Below are positions 1-11,186 of a stretch of 55,963 nt of DNA, piece after piece. Where the stretch lies: the IMG/VR virus record IMGVR_UViG_2061766007_000563. One strand, given 5' to 3'. The notes beneath the pieces are model-generated. The model did no database searches, was not told the origin of the DNA, and worked only from the letters and a program-made list of their open reading frames with translations. This DNA is from an uncultured virus (IMG/VR IMGVR_UViG_2061766007_000563). Its lineage: Duplodnaviria > Heunggongvirae > Uroviricota > Caudoviricetes. Position 1 is the stretch's first letter. Each line of letters begins with the position of its first letter. The translations under genes and the position numbers were made by a program.

Positions 1-1129
1 ACAATACGCCTTCTTCGTTTTCCAAGCTCTTTCTTATATCCTCGCGTAATTTAGATTTTACGTCACCGGATATTATCTTTACAGGCCTGTCCTTATATTC
101 GTTTTCAAGATACTCCTTTACCCGTTTAAGATGCTCCTTGTGCGTTATAAGGATAAGCATATTGTCCGTTTTTTTGGAATGGTCTATCACGTATTTAAGT
201 ACGGAATTTCTGTTAGGATATTCTTCTACCATCTTTATTTCTTCAGGGAAAGTCCTATCCTTGTTTTCCTTAACCATTTCTTCCGGATATTTAAGNNNNN
301 NNNNNNNNNNNNNNNNNNNNNNNNNNNNNNNNNNNNNNNNNNNNNNNNNNNNNNNNNNNNNNNNNNNNNNNNNNNNNNNNNNNNNNNNNNNNNNNNNNNN
401 NNNNNNNNNNNNNNNNNNNNNNNNNNNNNNNNNNNNNNNNNNNNNNNNNNNNNNNNNNNNNNNNNNNNNNNNNNNNNNNNNTGACTGGTGCTTCATCTGC
501 AGTGATTGCCATGTAGATATTAGAACCGGAACCTTGAATGTTGCTTTTACTTCGCTATGTAGCCTTTCACAACAATTTTCAATACCTTCCCAGCCATAGT
601 CAACAAAGTCGTTATACATTTGGTTTACAAGGCCTTTGTTAGGCACGATAAGGCATAATTTTTTAAGATGCTTTACTTCGAGAAGATAGCGGATGATGGA
701 ATAAATCATCAACGATTTACCGGAACCGGTACATGAAAGCAATATGCCTTTCTTGTTTTCGAGCGCGGCATGAACTGCGTCGAGCTGGTAATCTCTAATA
801 TCGAACTTTTCGATACGTTCGTTTATGAAATCGCGCAGCCATTCCTTGTCTATAGTTTCGTGCGCGTCTTCGAGCCCTATTTCCTTATACGATACTTTGT
901 TCTGTTTGCACCAGTTTATAAGGTTAGAATGCAAGCCGATTGGCAGCAACTGTGTGATAGGCGAAAAACTATGATGTTTGCCATCCCAGAGCTTGTGTAT
1001 ATATCTTGGATTATACCTGTAGTTTGGCATGAAGGCGGAGAAAAGTTTATATATGCGATGATTCATTTCTTCATCACATTCGAGCTTAAGGAAGCTTTCA
1101 TTTTCTTTAGTTATTATGATATCTGCCAT
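1..1129 (-). CDS. uvsW: UvsW-like SF2 DNA helicase (runs off window start, N gap inside)
   Basis: Manual translation from ATG at 1129: MADIIITKENESFLKLE..MPNYRYNPRYIHKLWDGKH..RDYQLDAV..LLSCTGSGKS (Walker A)..LIVPNKGLVNQM. Not in the ORF track because it has no stop in the window. Confidence 0.9.
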   Translation of the reverse strand, partial: MADIIITKENESFLKLECDEEMNHRIYKLFSAFMPNYRYNPRYIHKLWDGKHHSFSPITQLLPIGLHSNLINWCKQNKVSYKEIGLEDAHETIDKEWLRDFINERIEKFDIRDYQLDAVHAALENKKGILLSCTGSGKSLMIYSIIRYLLEVKHLKKLCLIVPNKGLVNQMYNDFVDYGWEGIENCCERLHSEVKATFKVPVLISTWQSLQMKHQSXXXXXXXXXXXXXXXXXXXXXXXXXXXXXXXXXXXXXXXXXXXXXXXXXXXXXXXXXXXXXXLKYPEEMVKENKDRTFPEEIKMVEEYPNRNSVLKYVIDHSKKTDNMLILITHKEHLKRVKEYLENEYKDRPVKIISGDVKSKLREDIRKSLENEEGVL

Positions 1130-1251
1130 ATATTAAATATAGTAATTTTTGTAGCGTACGTAAAAATTTTTTTACATTATTTTGAATTTTTCAAACAAAA
1201 AATCAACCATAAAAACGGTTGATTTTTTAACATTTAATATATTTATAAAAG

Positions 1252-1279
1252 AAAACCGACCGTTTTCGCGGTCGGTTTC
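1252..1279. terminator. Intrinsic terminator hairpin
   Basis: AAACCGACCG-TTTTCG-CGGTCGGTTT inverted repeat downstream of the minus-strand genes. Confidence 0.6.
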
Positions 1280-1310
1280 AAATCAGATTTTTATTTTTAC
1301 AGATATGCTT

Positions 1311-1992
1311 TTAAATGAATTTATAAGTTTTCGGGAAAATAAGCCCGTTTATTACCCATGAATTATCGAAATCCGGCTTACCGTCCTTACATTCGCAAAT
1401 CAGGTAGTCGCCAGAGCCGTGTTCGACACCATTTCGGTTAGCCTTTAGAACTTCTCCCCACGGTGTCTTTACTTCGACCTGCTCGTTCGTCTGAACCGCG
1501 AACATTGTCTCCGCGCCGGCAATAGCCCTGATTGTATGNNNNNNNNNNTCCGTTGATTACCCATGAATTATTGAAGTCTGGCTTGCCATCTTTACATTCG
1601 CAAATTAGGTAGTCGCCAGAGCCATGTTCGACGCCATTTCGGTTAGCCTTTAAAACTTCTCCCCAGGGCGTCTTTATTTCGACCTGCTCGTTTGTCTGAA
1701 CCGCGAACATTGTCTCCGCGCCGGCAATAGCCCTGATTGTATGCTTTTGTCCGTCCGAGAGTTTTGTCTTGATAATTTCTTCGGTAATCGGCTTACCGTC
1801 GAACGTATACGCGGTAGTCAGTTTCGATATCTTTACTGTCCATTCTTCGCCGGCTGTGCCTACAAGTACGACAGGTTTATTCTCGTTTGTCTCGTAGTCG
1901 CTGTCTTCTAGGAAATTATGAACCTTTGTTCCGTATTCCGGAATATACATTTGAATATCATATTCTATTTTGGTGCACGGTCTGTAATTCAT
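1311..1992 (-). CDS. Hypothetical protein with PGDYG-like motif (3' part duplicated across a 10-N join)
   Basis: ORFs 1438-1992 and 1311-1505 share VKTPWGEVLKANRNGVEHGSGDYLI. Confidence 0.6.
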
Positions 1993-2381
1993 ATCAATCC
2001 TCCATCATATTCATATAATAAAAATCAACTTCACGTTCAATCTGCTGTATAAGTTCAGGAACGTTGTCGGTTTTTGATATCGGAATACCAGCCGCATGTA
2101 CGTGACCGCCGCCTTTTCCTATTTTCTTACAAATTTCAGTAAGNNNNNNNNNNCTCGACTTGTTGTATAAGTTCCGGGACGTTGTCGTTTTTTGATATCG
2201 GAATACCGGCTGCATGTACGTGACCGCCGCCTTTTCCTATTTTCTTACAAATTTCAGTAAGNNNNNNNNNNTGTTTGTCTCGTAGTCGCTATCTTCCAGG
2301 AAATTATGAACCTTTGTTCCGTATTCCGGAATATACATCTGAATATCATATTCTATTTTGGTGCACGGTCTGTAATTCATA

Positions 2382-3372
2382 TCAATCCTCCATCATATTC
2401 ATATAATAAAAATCAACTTCGCGTTCGACCTGCTGTATAAGTTCCGGGACGTTGTCGTTTTTTGATATCGGAATACCGGCCGCATGTACGTGACCACCGC
2501 CTTTTCCTATTTTCTTACAAATTTCAGTAAGGTCAATGTCGTCGCAGCGGATTGAGAGGTTATTCTTGTTCTTGATAAGGAACCACTTGTAGCCTTCCTT
2601 TTTCAATGCTTCGATACATTCGTAATGGAATCTGGAGGTTTCAAAATATACGCCGTTCCTTGCCAGATCGGAAATGACTAGAGAATCGTACATGTCCTTG
2701 AATTCCTTCTGTGCGTCGATGAAATACTGNNNNNNNNNNAAGAGAATCGTACATGTCCTTGAATTCCTTCTGCGCGTCGATGAAATACTGNNNNNNNNNN
2801 AATCTGGAAGTTTCAAAATATACGCCGTTCCTTGCCAAATCGGAAATAACGAGAGAATCGTACATGTCCTTGAATTCCTTTTGAGCGTCGATAAAATACT
2901 GTTTTTCTTCAGGATATAAAGTAACGTTGCCCNNNNNNNNNNNNNNNNNNNNNNNNNNNNNNNNNNNNNNNNNNNNNNNNNNNNNNNNNNNNNNNNNNNN
3001 NNNNNNNNNNNNNNNNNNNNNNNNNNNNNNNNNNNNNNNNNNNNNNNNNNNNNNNNNNNNNNNNNNNNNNNNNNNNNNNNNNNNNNNNNNNNNNNNNNNN
3101 NNNNNNNNNNNNNNNNNCAGGACGAGTGTGACAGCTTGGTCTCGCAAGAAGCTCAATGTTTCCGACGGATAAAAATCTGTACAGATGATACAGTCGAATT
3201 TACCTTTATACGTTGTTAATATTTCAGCCTTGGCAGTCCATTCAGTATTATAGTTGACTGGAATGACATAGACTGTCTCGTAAAAATTTTTAAGGACTAC
3301 AGATGACGCAATGCCATCCATATCCGAGTGTGTGATATTCAACACTCTGAGTTTAGGATTATTATAATTCAT
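2382..3372 (-). CDS. DHH/DHHA1-family phosphoesterase (fragmented by gaps and duplicated haplotype pieces)
   Basis: N-terminal ITHSDMDG, ICTDF; C-terminal GGGHVHAAG; second copy of the C-terminus at 1994-2143. Confidence 0.85.
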
Positions 3373-3432
3373 ATAATACAAATATAGCAGTTTTTTCAAC
3401 TGCTATATTTAATTAAATTATTTTCTGGATTT

Positions 3433-3960
3433 TTAATTATTTCTTATGATTCCTTTATTGTATAGGAACAACAGAAATGAATAAAGATGCTTGCATACTG
3501 TAGAATGCCTATCAGGATTNNNNNNNNNNCCTTATGATTCCTTTATTGTATAGGAATAACAGAAATGAATAAAGATGCTTGCATACTGTAGAATGCCTGT
3601 CAGGATTTCTTTCCTTGTTAGGTATATGCGCATAATTCGGTATAGGTTCTTGCTGGTTGCTGTTCTTTGTATTCGGGTGACTGGTATTGTATCTGTATGC
3701 GTTGCATGTACAATTTACCTTGCCAATGTTCTTAATCGTAAAAGGTATTTCGGTATCGTCGCGATGAAACGAAACGACCACATCATAATGCCTTCCAGGG
3801 TTCGTCTCAGATTGGACNNNNNNNNNNNNNNNNNATCGGCTTTCGCGTACGGAAATACTTTTCTGAAATTATCGATTAATTCTTGGAGAGTATATTGTTC
3901 GCATACCAATATTCCTTCGGTAATCAAATTCGCATAATTTTTAAATGAACCATATTTCAT
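3433..3960 (-). CDS. SWIM zinc-finger-like protein (broken by gaps)
   Basis: HYDVVVSF..VNCTCNAY..VCKHL (CxC..CxH); late promoter TATAAATA at 3965-3972 (-). Confidence 0.6.
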
Positions 3961-3979
3961 ACATTATTTATATCATGTA

Positions 3980-4300
3980 AACTTATACCACACAGTCAAA
4001 GGTTTCGGAAGAGACATCGAGCCTATACAGGATTAAGAGAAAAATCCAGATCTCGCTCCGGTTTCAACTCTCGGGACTTATCGATATGCTTACGGGCTGG
4101 TCATCCTGTACTCCGACTGTATCATACCGTGCCAATGGCGGCTTCGTGTATTAATTGTTAGATAATACGTCAGTGGCGGTTCAGCAACAGTTACTACCTG
4201 TTCAGTGTTAGAAAGTCACGCCTCGACTTTCGCTGGCTCGCCCTCTACCGACACCTCATTGGATTGAGCTTCGCTCCGAGGAACAAGACTTCTGAATGTC
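3980..4300 (-). ncRNA. Unassigned ~320-nt structured RNA
   Basis: GC-elevated stretch with no ORF in the track, behind a TTTACA-17-TAAATT promoter (4335-4307); several nested helices (see findings). Confidence 0.6.
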
Positions 4301-4367
4301 TGTTCAAATTTAATAATCAGAAATGCTTTTGTAAACTTATTTTTGTTTTATTCTGAAAATCTTTGCT

Positions 4368-4375
4368 TATAAATA
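4368..4375 (+). promoter_or_regulatory. T4-type late promoter TATAAATA (representative)
   Basis: Same octamer just upstream of genes at 4743, 10242, 11149, 26086, 33853, 53203 (+) and 3965, 24157, 39070, 44887 (-). Confidence 0.8.
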
Positions 4376-4394
4376 TATAAACTGACGGTCGAAT

Positions 4395-4739
4395 ATGGAT
4401 AATATATCATCGAGAAGCACATTTTTATATCAGGAACTGGTCGACAACATAGCGCAATATGATCTTGGCTCGTTTACTGATGACCATTTCAATTTCGGAA
4501 AGGTAAACTATATGTTCGTCAATAAGTATTGCGAATGCAGGCCTGACTATATCTCGCAGAAGATATACGGCACACAGAATTACTGGTGGTTCCTGATGTG
4601 GTTCAACGGGTATTCCGATATATGGAACGACATTACGGAAGGCCAGGTAATTAAGTACCCGTCGCTTCAGAAAGTAAGGGATTTCTTACGAATGAAGCTC
4701 AATAAGAAGAACAAAATCGAAGCGCAAATCAAGAAATAA
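4395..4739 (+). CDS. Baseplate wedge protein, T4 gp53-like (LysM-like)
   Basis: RPDYISQKIYGTQNYWWFLMWFN signature; late promoter upstream. Confidence 0.75.
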   Translation: MDNISSRSTFLYQELVDNIAQYDLGSFTDDHFNFGKVNYMFVNKYCECRPDYISQKIYGTQNYWWFLMWFNGYSDIWNDITEGQVIKYPSLQKVRDFLRMKLNKKNKIEAQIKK

Positions 4740-4756
4740 CGTTATAAATAAGATAT

Positions 4757-5530
4757 ATGGATTTTTCAGAATATAGGCATACAATAGAACATTACTTGAC
4801 AAGAAAGAACCCGAAATTCGACGTGTCCACTTTGGACCTGAACAAGGTATTCGAAGCCTATATATCTGATGTTTCTCCTAGGACGTATATTAGCACAATG
4901 GGTATATCTATGAACGAGTCTATGGATAGCAAGTTCAATAAGTATCTTTCGCGAGTAATAAGCCTTGTAAAGAAATCTGGCTATACTATCGAAAAGATGC
5001 CAAGAGAACTTAACGAAGACATAAACGATTGTTTTGCCGAAGGATATACTACAGCGGTATGTGCCAATTACATCCTTGAAAAGATTGAGAAGAATACGGT
5101 AAAGTTAAAGGAACCGAATACCATAAGAAATATCGAGCTGAAGAATAAGCTTCTTAGGCTGATGCACGACGTAGAAAATGCCGGCCTGGTCGGTATTGAT
5201 ACTCATTATAATGATATCTATGCCGTAATCAAGATTAAGCTCTTCGACATGAGGAATGAAATCAGCACTGATATAAAGAGCTATATAAATGAGCTACATA
5301 GGTATTTCAAGCCGTATGTAAACCAGAACGTCGATAACAGTACGAGAATTCAGATACTTGGCTATTCGATAAATCAGAGAAGCGTATACTGCACAATCAA
5401 AATTAAAGTCGATATTATTGAAAATGAAGATGGTAAATTGTTCTTCAGTTCTAACGAGACACGCAACAATATCGAATTTTATATAAAAATTTTCAGAATG
5501 TTTGCAGAACAATATAGTAACATTGTTTAA
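4757..5530 (+). CDS. Hypothetical late protein
   Basis: 257-aa ORF behind TATAAATA. Confidence 0.7.
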   Translation: MDFSEYRHTIEHYLTRKNPKFDVSTLDLNKVFEAYISDVSPRTYISTMGISMNESMDSKFNKYLSRVISLVKKSGYTIEKMPRELNEDINDCFAEGYTTAVCANYILEKIEKNTVKLKEPNTIRNIELKNKLLRLMHDVENAGLVGIDTHYNDIYAVIKIKLFDMRNEISTDIKSYINELHRYFKPYVNQNVDNSTRIQILGYSINQRSVYCTIKIKVDIIENEDGKLFFSSNETRNNIEFYIKIFRMFAEQYSNIV

Positions 5531-5549
5531 TTTACTATATTTAAATAAT

Positions 5550-6350
5550 ATGGATTTACATATTATTTGTTTAACTAAATCATATAATAAACTAGATTTC
5601 GAATATTGGTATAGGTATTATAGGTCATATAATGCCATTATTCATATTATCAATAACGATTCGTGTGTCGATATCAAGTCAGTAATTACCGGCGAAAAAG
5701 ATACATACGAGGAAATAAATGGCTGGCCAGACCAATGGAATTTATTTGATAAAATTCTAAACGATAATGTCTATAATTTTAAAAACGGCGATTACGTAAT
5801 ATTCGCAGACGATGATGAATATTTCTGGTTTAGGCACGGTTGGTATACCGATATCGGCAACGAGTTCAATATAACACCATTGAACGTTATCTGTGTGCCA
5901 CAAATTTATATGAGCAGCATGCGCCTTGAAGAACAGCGTTCGGCTCCTTATGTATTGGCTAACTATTATAGAAGAAACGATTTTTCCAGCCAAGGAAAGT
6001 CGATAATTTATTATGACCGCAATTTAAAGTATAGCTTCGACAGGCCGAATAAAGAGAAGGGACATATACCGACAGTCAAGTATTCGGATAGCAAAGACTG
6101 GCTTAGGATGGCCAAAGTTGTAGGTTCTGACGTGACCAAGGATTCTACTTACGGTATTACCGCTTATGATGCCGACATAAGGCTTTACCATTACCATCTG
6201 AAGTCGATAGATGACTGGCAGAAGAAATGGAAACGTGGAAGTGCGGCATGTACAGTGCATCCTTATATGGAAGATATCAAGAAGAATCCTGGATATGATG
6301 GCTATTCTACGCTTGATTTAACAATTAAAAATTATATCGAAAAATTATGA
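5550..6350 (+). CDS. GT-A fold glycosyltransferase (GT2/GT92-like)
   Basis: IINNDS, VIFADDDEY (DxD), KSII, LYHYHLKS motifs; start taken at MDLHII. Confidence 0.75.
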   Translation: MDLHIICLTKSYNKLDFEYWYRYYRSYNAIIHIINNDSCVDIKSVITGEKDTYEEINGWPDQWNLFDKILNDNVYNFKNGDYVIFADDDEYFWFRHGWYTDIGNEFNITPLNVICVPQIYMSSMRLEEQRSAPYVLANYYRRNDFSSQGKSIIYYDRNLKYSFDRPNKEKGHIPTVKYSDSKDWLRMAKVVGSDVTKDSTYGITAYDADIRLYHYHLKSIDDWQKKWKRGSAACTVHPYMEDIKKNPGYDGYSTLDLTIKNYIEKL

Positions 6351-6772
6351 ATTATTTAAAAGTATATTATGCGATTATAGCCAATGCCACTGGTAGAACT
6401 GCAGGCATATTATATGAAAAGCACCATATCATACCGCAGAGCCAGGGTGGACCGGATATCGAATCGAACTGGATTTACCTTACGCCGAAAGAACACGTAA
6501 TCGCGCATCATTGTCTTGCCAAGGCCTATCCGGAAAACGAGAAACTTAATTCTGGTTTTAATGTAAGTGACTTGAAGAGCTTCGACTGCTATAAGTATAT
6601 GATGAGGATTAAGGATTTAGCTAATTCTTTAGAAGCCTCAAAGAAAAAACTGGAAATTATAGAAAAAATAGAAATTCTGTGCGACGCGGTAAAACGTCTG
6701 AAAATTCAGGATTTACCGGTAACGAAGACAGGCGACGGAAAACGAATTAGAAGGAACGTAGCTAAAAAGTAG
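6347..6772 (+). CDS. HNH endonuclease domain protein
   Basis: MNYLKVY..YEKHHIIPQSQGG..N..LTPKEHVIAHHCL. Confidence 0.8.
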   Translation: MNYLKVYYAIIANATGRTAGILYEKHHIIPQSQGGPDIESNWIYLTPKEHVIAHHCLAKAYPENEKLNSGFNVSDLKSFDCYKYMMRIKDLANSLEASKKKLEIIEKIEILCDAVKRLKIQDLPVTKTGDGKRIRRNVAKK

Positions 6773-6780
6773 AGGTAAAT

Positions 6781-6978
6781 ATGTGTAAAAAAATCAGAAT
6801 TGTGAACAAAAGCACACGAGAGCTTCCAGAAGAAGCGATAGACGCGATTTCGTTCAAGTCGTTGACCGAAGCGAATGAGGTACTTGAAGAGTATAATTTG
6901 AAGATTTCTGAAATGGAAAGGGAATTCGAGGACGGTAAGCTATCAAGTCAAACGATTGTCCTTGTCGATACTCATTAA
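6781..6978 (+). CDS. Small hypothetical protein
   Basis: 65-aa ORF with GAGGT RBS. Confidence 0.6.
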   Translation: MCKKIRIVNKSTRELPEEAIDAISFKSLTEANEVLEEYNLKISEMEREFEDGKLSSQTIVLVDTH

Positions 6979-7057
6979 TATAGGCATTAATTTTATATAA
7001 GTTGGGCGGATTAAAATCCGTCTTTTCTCATAAATATATAAAATTGAGGAATATAGA

Positions 7058-10000
7058 ATGAGCGATATTATTAAAGGTCAAAAGTTAAGCAACAGTGACT
7101 CTAAAACATTGAATGAACTTAGAAATGGTTCTAACTCCGATAAGGCGTTTATTCCGGGTATTATTAAAGATGAAGCTAACGTAAAAATCCCGATTGATTC
7201 ATTTATTTTAGATTCATGGAAAGAGTGGTCTGAGCGACATGGCTCTAGTTCAGCCGAAGGGTCTGAGAATTCTTATTATATCGGCAGCGGCAACTATGTA
7301 AAAAATGGCGCTGCATTTGGCGATAATAATTTTATTGACGATTCATATAATATAGGTCAAGGTAATAGTGCTAAAGGTGGTGTTTATGTAATTGGTAATA
7401 ACAATAATGCTAATTATGAAGAAAAATATGACGTTAATGGTAATATTATTGACCCAAATACAAATACTACTATTTTAGGCGATAATAACTATACCGAAAA
7501 CTATATCGGTGAATATAGTGCAATAAGTGCATATAAATATTGGGACAATGGCCAAGAAATTGTAGTAACTGGTTTAGATTATACAGGTAAAACACGTTCA
7601 TTAATTATTGGCAATGATAATTCTGCTATTGGTTGGAATTGTTATTCATTTGGTGAAAAAAATTTTAATGGTTCTACCATTTATGCATATAATAAAGAGA
7701 CATCATCCTATAATACATCAGGTCTTGGATATACAAAAGTAATTGAATATTATGACTGGGAAGAACAAGATTATAAATATAGACTTGAATTTATACCATT
7801 TTTTGATGACCATGGTTATACATTAACATACGGCAATGGTAATAGCGCTACTAGATATTTGGATATGGCAATTGGTATTAATTGCTTTGCGTCTGGCGGT
7901 GAAAATATAGTTATTGGTTCTCCAACAGAGGTACATTGGGATCGTGGAAGTAATAATAAAAGAAAATATACGCCAGAATCTAATGGTTGTAAAAATTTAA
8001 ATATTCGTTCTAAAATTGACGGTGTGTCTAATAAAGCATTTGAATCATATCTTGGGACAAATGCGGCATGTCCAATAGAAGATATACAGGATAATATTTT
8101 AAATTATTCAGATGTTTTAATATCTGGAAATCCTATAACTATATCATTTAAACGGAATAATTTGAATAATGCAAAAAATATAATTTTTAGCGGAGAAAAT
8201 AATCCATCAATACTTATTCATAATAATGAATTAAAATATACTGATTCATTAACTTTTAGTAGTACAGACGCTTCTATAACTGCTGATTCAAATGTATTAA
8301 CTAGAACTACCAGATTAAATATTAATAGTCATATATTTAATAAAAATAACTTTGATGATGTTTGCTATGATAATAATGGTTATATTGTTGCCTATGTATT
8401 TGATGATAATAAGATGTCAAAAATATCTAAATTAAATATAAATGCTGGCAAATTTAATAATAATACTGTTGATAATATAGCAAAGGGACAGAATGAATTT
8501 AATATATATGCACAAAATATTTGTGATTATAATATAATTAAAAATTATAGCAATCTGGGTAACTTAAATATATCAGCTAGGGATATTAGTGAAAATGTTA
8601 TATGTAATACATTGTTACCTACTATAGAATGTAAATCCGGTACTACTTATGGCACATTTGATTTTAATATATTATACAATTTATATAAAGGCTCGAATTG
8701 GACATGGAATATTAAAGGAGACATGTCAAATAATATCATATTAGATTCAAATGAAAATGCTGCTGATGATACGCCAATAGTATTAGAAAATCCGTTATAT
8801 GTGTCGAATAATTTTATTTATCATTCATTATTATCTGCAATGAGCGCGGAAAATAGAGATGATATTATTGCAAGAAATATTATATTAAATGCTTCAGCCA
8901 TAGTAGATTATAATAATTCTGAAGAATTTTCTAATTCCGGTTTCTTTGTCGACAATTTCCTGTTTAACGCCATGTTAGAAAGTGAGCCAGTCTATGACGG
9001 TTTAAACGGACATCAAGTTAATAATGCTACATTAGGTAAAAACGTTATTCTTGGATCTACTGCAAAAAATGTTCAGGGTTCATTTATTGTTTCCGATGGT
9101 GAGAATAATAATCCTATTGAATATTGTAATAGAGTAGTTGCATTTGGCGATCAGACTGTTTTATATACAAATGATAGCACTTATTTTGGAACTGAAAATA
9201 GCGCACATTTTAATGATACATGTTTTGTAGCTGGCGAACATAATGCAATGACTATTGCAGATTATACAGATTCATGGTATGAAGAAAAAACATTGGCTAA
9301 TTGTTCAGAATTTGGTAGATGTTTTATTTTGGGTGTTGGAAATGAATTGGTTAAAGACCAAATAAAAGCTGATCCTGAATATACGCCAAGTAGAAACTAT
9401 TTAATTGGTAACGTAAACAAGATATATGTTTCTGGTAAAAATGTAAACAATAATATTTTATTTGGCGATACTAATATTATTGGTTATTATTATAATGTGT
9501 TTAATGGTGAAGTAATAAGCGAAGTAGGATATACGGAAAATAATGATAGAAATACGTTAATCGGCAGTAATAATAAGATTTCCAAGAATGAAAATGATAA
9601 TATAATTATTGGTGGTTATAATTTAATATTAAATGACAATGATGATATAATTTATTCCAATAATATATTATTTGGTTTGAAAAATATTGCATGTGCTGGT
9701 TCTAACCAAATAAATATTGGTTTGTATAATACGACTTATGGCCATTATTCAACAACTATTGGTAATTACTTGATCGCTGCTGAAAATCAGTATATTGTTG
9801 GTCAGTATAATGAAGAAATGACTGGTTATACCAGGACAGTATCGGCATTTGAAGATGGTGAAATTATTCAAAATCCTATCGAAGGTGTAATATTTGCAAT
9901 CGGTAATGGTAGGCTTAATGCATATGAACTTAATGGAAAGTTTTATAGTGGAGCAAATATCGAAACTGATGAAATTCCAGAAGAATTGTTAAACGATGAT

Positions 10001-10180
10001 ACAGTAATTTCGCGTTCCAATGCTATGGTTGTTTCCGCTGACGGTACAGTTTCCGCAAGGACATATAGAGCTGCTCCTAATAGTAAACTTGATAAGCTCT
10101 TTAAATTCCTTAGCAACGATAACGTAACGCCAGCGACAGGTAAGTTAACCTGGGGCGGAGACGATTGGAGTTTCACTTAA
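7058..10180 (+). CDS. Tail fibre/spike-like adhesin with beta-solenoid (YadA head-like) repeats
   Basis: Asn/Ile-rich IGxxN repeats; C-terminal FAIGNG..RSNAMVVSADG module; GAGGA RBS and late-promoter-like CATAAATA. Confidence 0.65.
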   Translation: MSDIIKGQKLSNSDSKTLNELRNGSNSDKAFIPGIIKDEANVKIPIDSFILDSWKEWSERHGSSSAEGSENSYYIGSGNYVKNGAAFGDNNFIDDSYNIGQGNSAKGGVYVIGNNNNANYEEKYDVNGNIIDPNTNTTILGDNNYTENYIGEYSAISAYKYWDNGQEIVVTGLDYTGKTRSLIIGNDNSAIGWNCYSFGEKNFNGSTIYAYNKETSSYNTSGLGYTKVIEYYDWEEQDYKYRLEFIPFFDDHGYTLTYGNGNSATRYLDMAIGINCFASGGENIVIGSPTEVHWDRGSNNKRKYTPESNGCKNLNIRSKIDGVSNKAFESYLGTNAACPIEDIQDNILNYSDVLISGNPITISFKRNNLNNAKNIIFSGENNPSILIHNNELKYTDSLTFSSTDASITADSNVLTRTTRLNINSHIFNKNNFDDVCYDNNGYIVAYVFDDNKMSKISKLNINAGKFNNNTVDNIAKGQNEFNIYAQNICDYNIIKNYSNLGNLNISARDISENVICNTLLPTIECKSGTTYGTFDFNILYNLYKGSNWTWNIKGDMSNNIILDSNENAADDTPIVLENPLYVSNNFIYHSLLSAMSAENRDDIIARNIILNASAIVDYNNSEEFSNSGFFVDNFLFNAMLESEPVYDGLNGHQVNNATLGKNVILGSTAKNVQGSFIVSDGENNNPIEYCNRVVAFGDQTVLYTNDSTYFGTENSAHFNDTCFVAGEHNAMTIADYTDSWYEEKTLANCSEFGRCFILGVGNELVKDQIKADPEYTPSRNYLIGNVNKIYVSGKNVNNNILFGDTNIIGYYYNVFNGEVISEVGYTENNDRNTLIGSNNKISKNENDNIIIGGYNLILNDNDDIIYSNNILFGLKNIACAGSNQINIGLYNTTYGHYSTTIGNYLIAAENQYIVGQYNEEMTGYTRTVSAFEDGEIIQNPIEGVIFAIGNGRLNAYELNGKFYSGANIETDEIPEELLNDDTVISRSNAMVVSADGTVSARTYRAAPNSKLDKLFKFLSNDNVTPATGKLTWGGDDWSFT

Positions 10181-10255
10181 TAGAATAAAATAATTTAATT
10201 TAGAATATTATAAGCCGCCTCGGAATAGGCGGTTTTCTTTTTATAAATATGGAGT

Positions 10256-11077
10256 ATGAAAATAAGCGTAGCGATAACAAACCATAATCAAGATCATTTG
10301 CTTAATAAGACAATTTATATGCTTAATGAGCAAACGGAAATTCCTGAAAAGATTTACGTCTTGACAGACGGAAGGTCATTCAACAATATCTATACAAATG
10401 TCGAAAATGTAGACAATAGGAAAAATCCTGGAAGGTGTCAAAATAGAAATTCCATAATTCCGATATTTTTAAATAATGATACCGATGCATTGATTTTTAT
10501 CGACGGTGATTCTTGGCCAAACGGTAAAAAGTTTATTTTGGAATATAAGAAATTATTTAAGAAGTATGATTTAATTTTCGGAACGAGAAGGCATACGCCA
10601 GTTGACAATTTAACATTGCCAGCATCCGATTTATTAACTGGTAATATGGATGAGCTATGGCAAGGAAAGCCATTAAACTATGACGATTTAAGGATTACGT
10701 CCGGCGCGATAAAAGCATGGAATAAGGCAAAGACATTCGATGAGAAAATAGACTTGATGCTTACTGGAATGATTGGCTGGTCATGTAATTTCGGCATAAC
10801 GAAAGCAGGTTTAAAACGGCATATAGAATTCATGAAATCTAATTATAATATAGAAAACGCACTGTTCGATAGCAAGGCGTTTGCGAAAGGATGGGGCTAT
10901 GAAGATGTCGCGATGGGGCTCGATGCGATGTACGCTGGCTTGACAGTTGGGATTTCTGATGATGTCGAGATAATGCACCAGTCGCATGAAAGAACTGATG
11001 GATTGTTTGACCATATCAAAGGGCGGCATTTGATTATGGACAGGTATAGAAAGCTTATAGGCTATAAAAATAATTAA
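10256..11077 (+). CDS. Glycosyltransferase family 2
   Basis: ISVAITNHN, LIFIDGD, SCNFG, GWGYEDV motifs. Confidence 0.85.
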   Translation: MKISVAITNHNQDHLLNKTIYMLNEQTEIPEKIYVLTDGRSFNNIYTNVENVDNRKNPGRCQNRNSIIPIFLNNDTDALIFIDGDSWPNGKKFILEYKKLFKKYDLIFGTRRHTPVDNLTLPASDLLTGNMDELWQGKPLNYDDLRITSGAIKAWNKAKTFDEKIDLMLTGMIGWSCNFGITKAGLKRHIEFMKSNYNIENALFDSKAFAKGWGYEDVAMGLDAMYAGLTVGISDDVEIMHQSHERTDGLFDHIKGRHLIMDRYRKLIGYKNN

Positions 11078-11186
11078 CTTTATTACAAAAATGTTATGTG
11101 AATGCGGGTTTACAAAACCCGTATTTTTTGTTATATTTTGCCGTGAAATATAAATATATAGAAATTTTTAAGAAGGTAAAATAAAA

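Noticed and set aside
131..599. ORFs composed largely of X (also 30369-30944, 49005-49797)
   Set aside because: Artefacts of translating through N gaps
1311..3600. Apparent tandem duplications of gene fragments (also 11241-12200, 13300, 15850-16050, 41050-41320, 42680-43800, 50153-50242, 55786-55963)
   Set aside because: Each copy is bounded by ~10-N joins and differs mostly by synonymous changes; these are strain haplotypes placed side by side by the scaffolder
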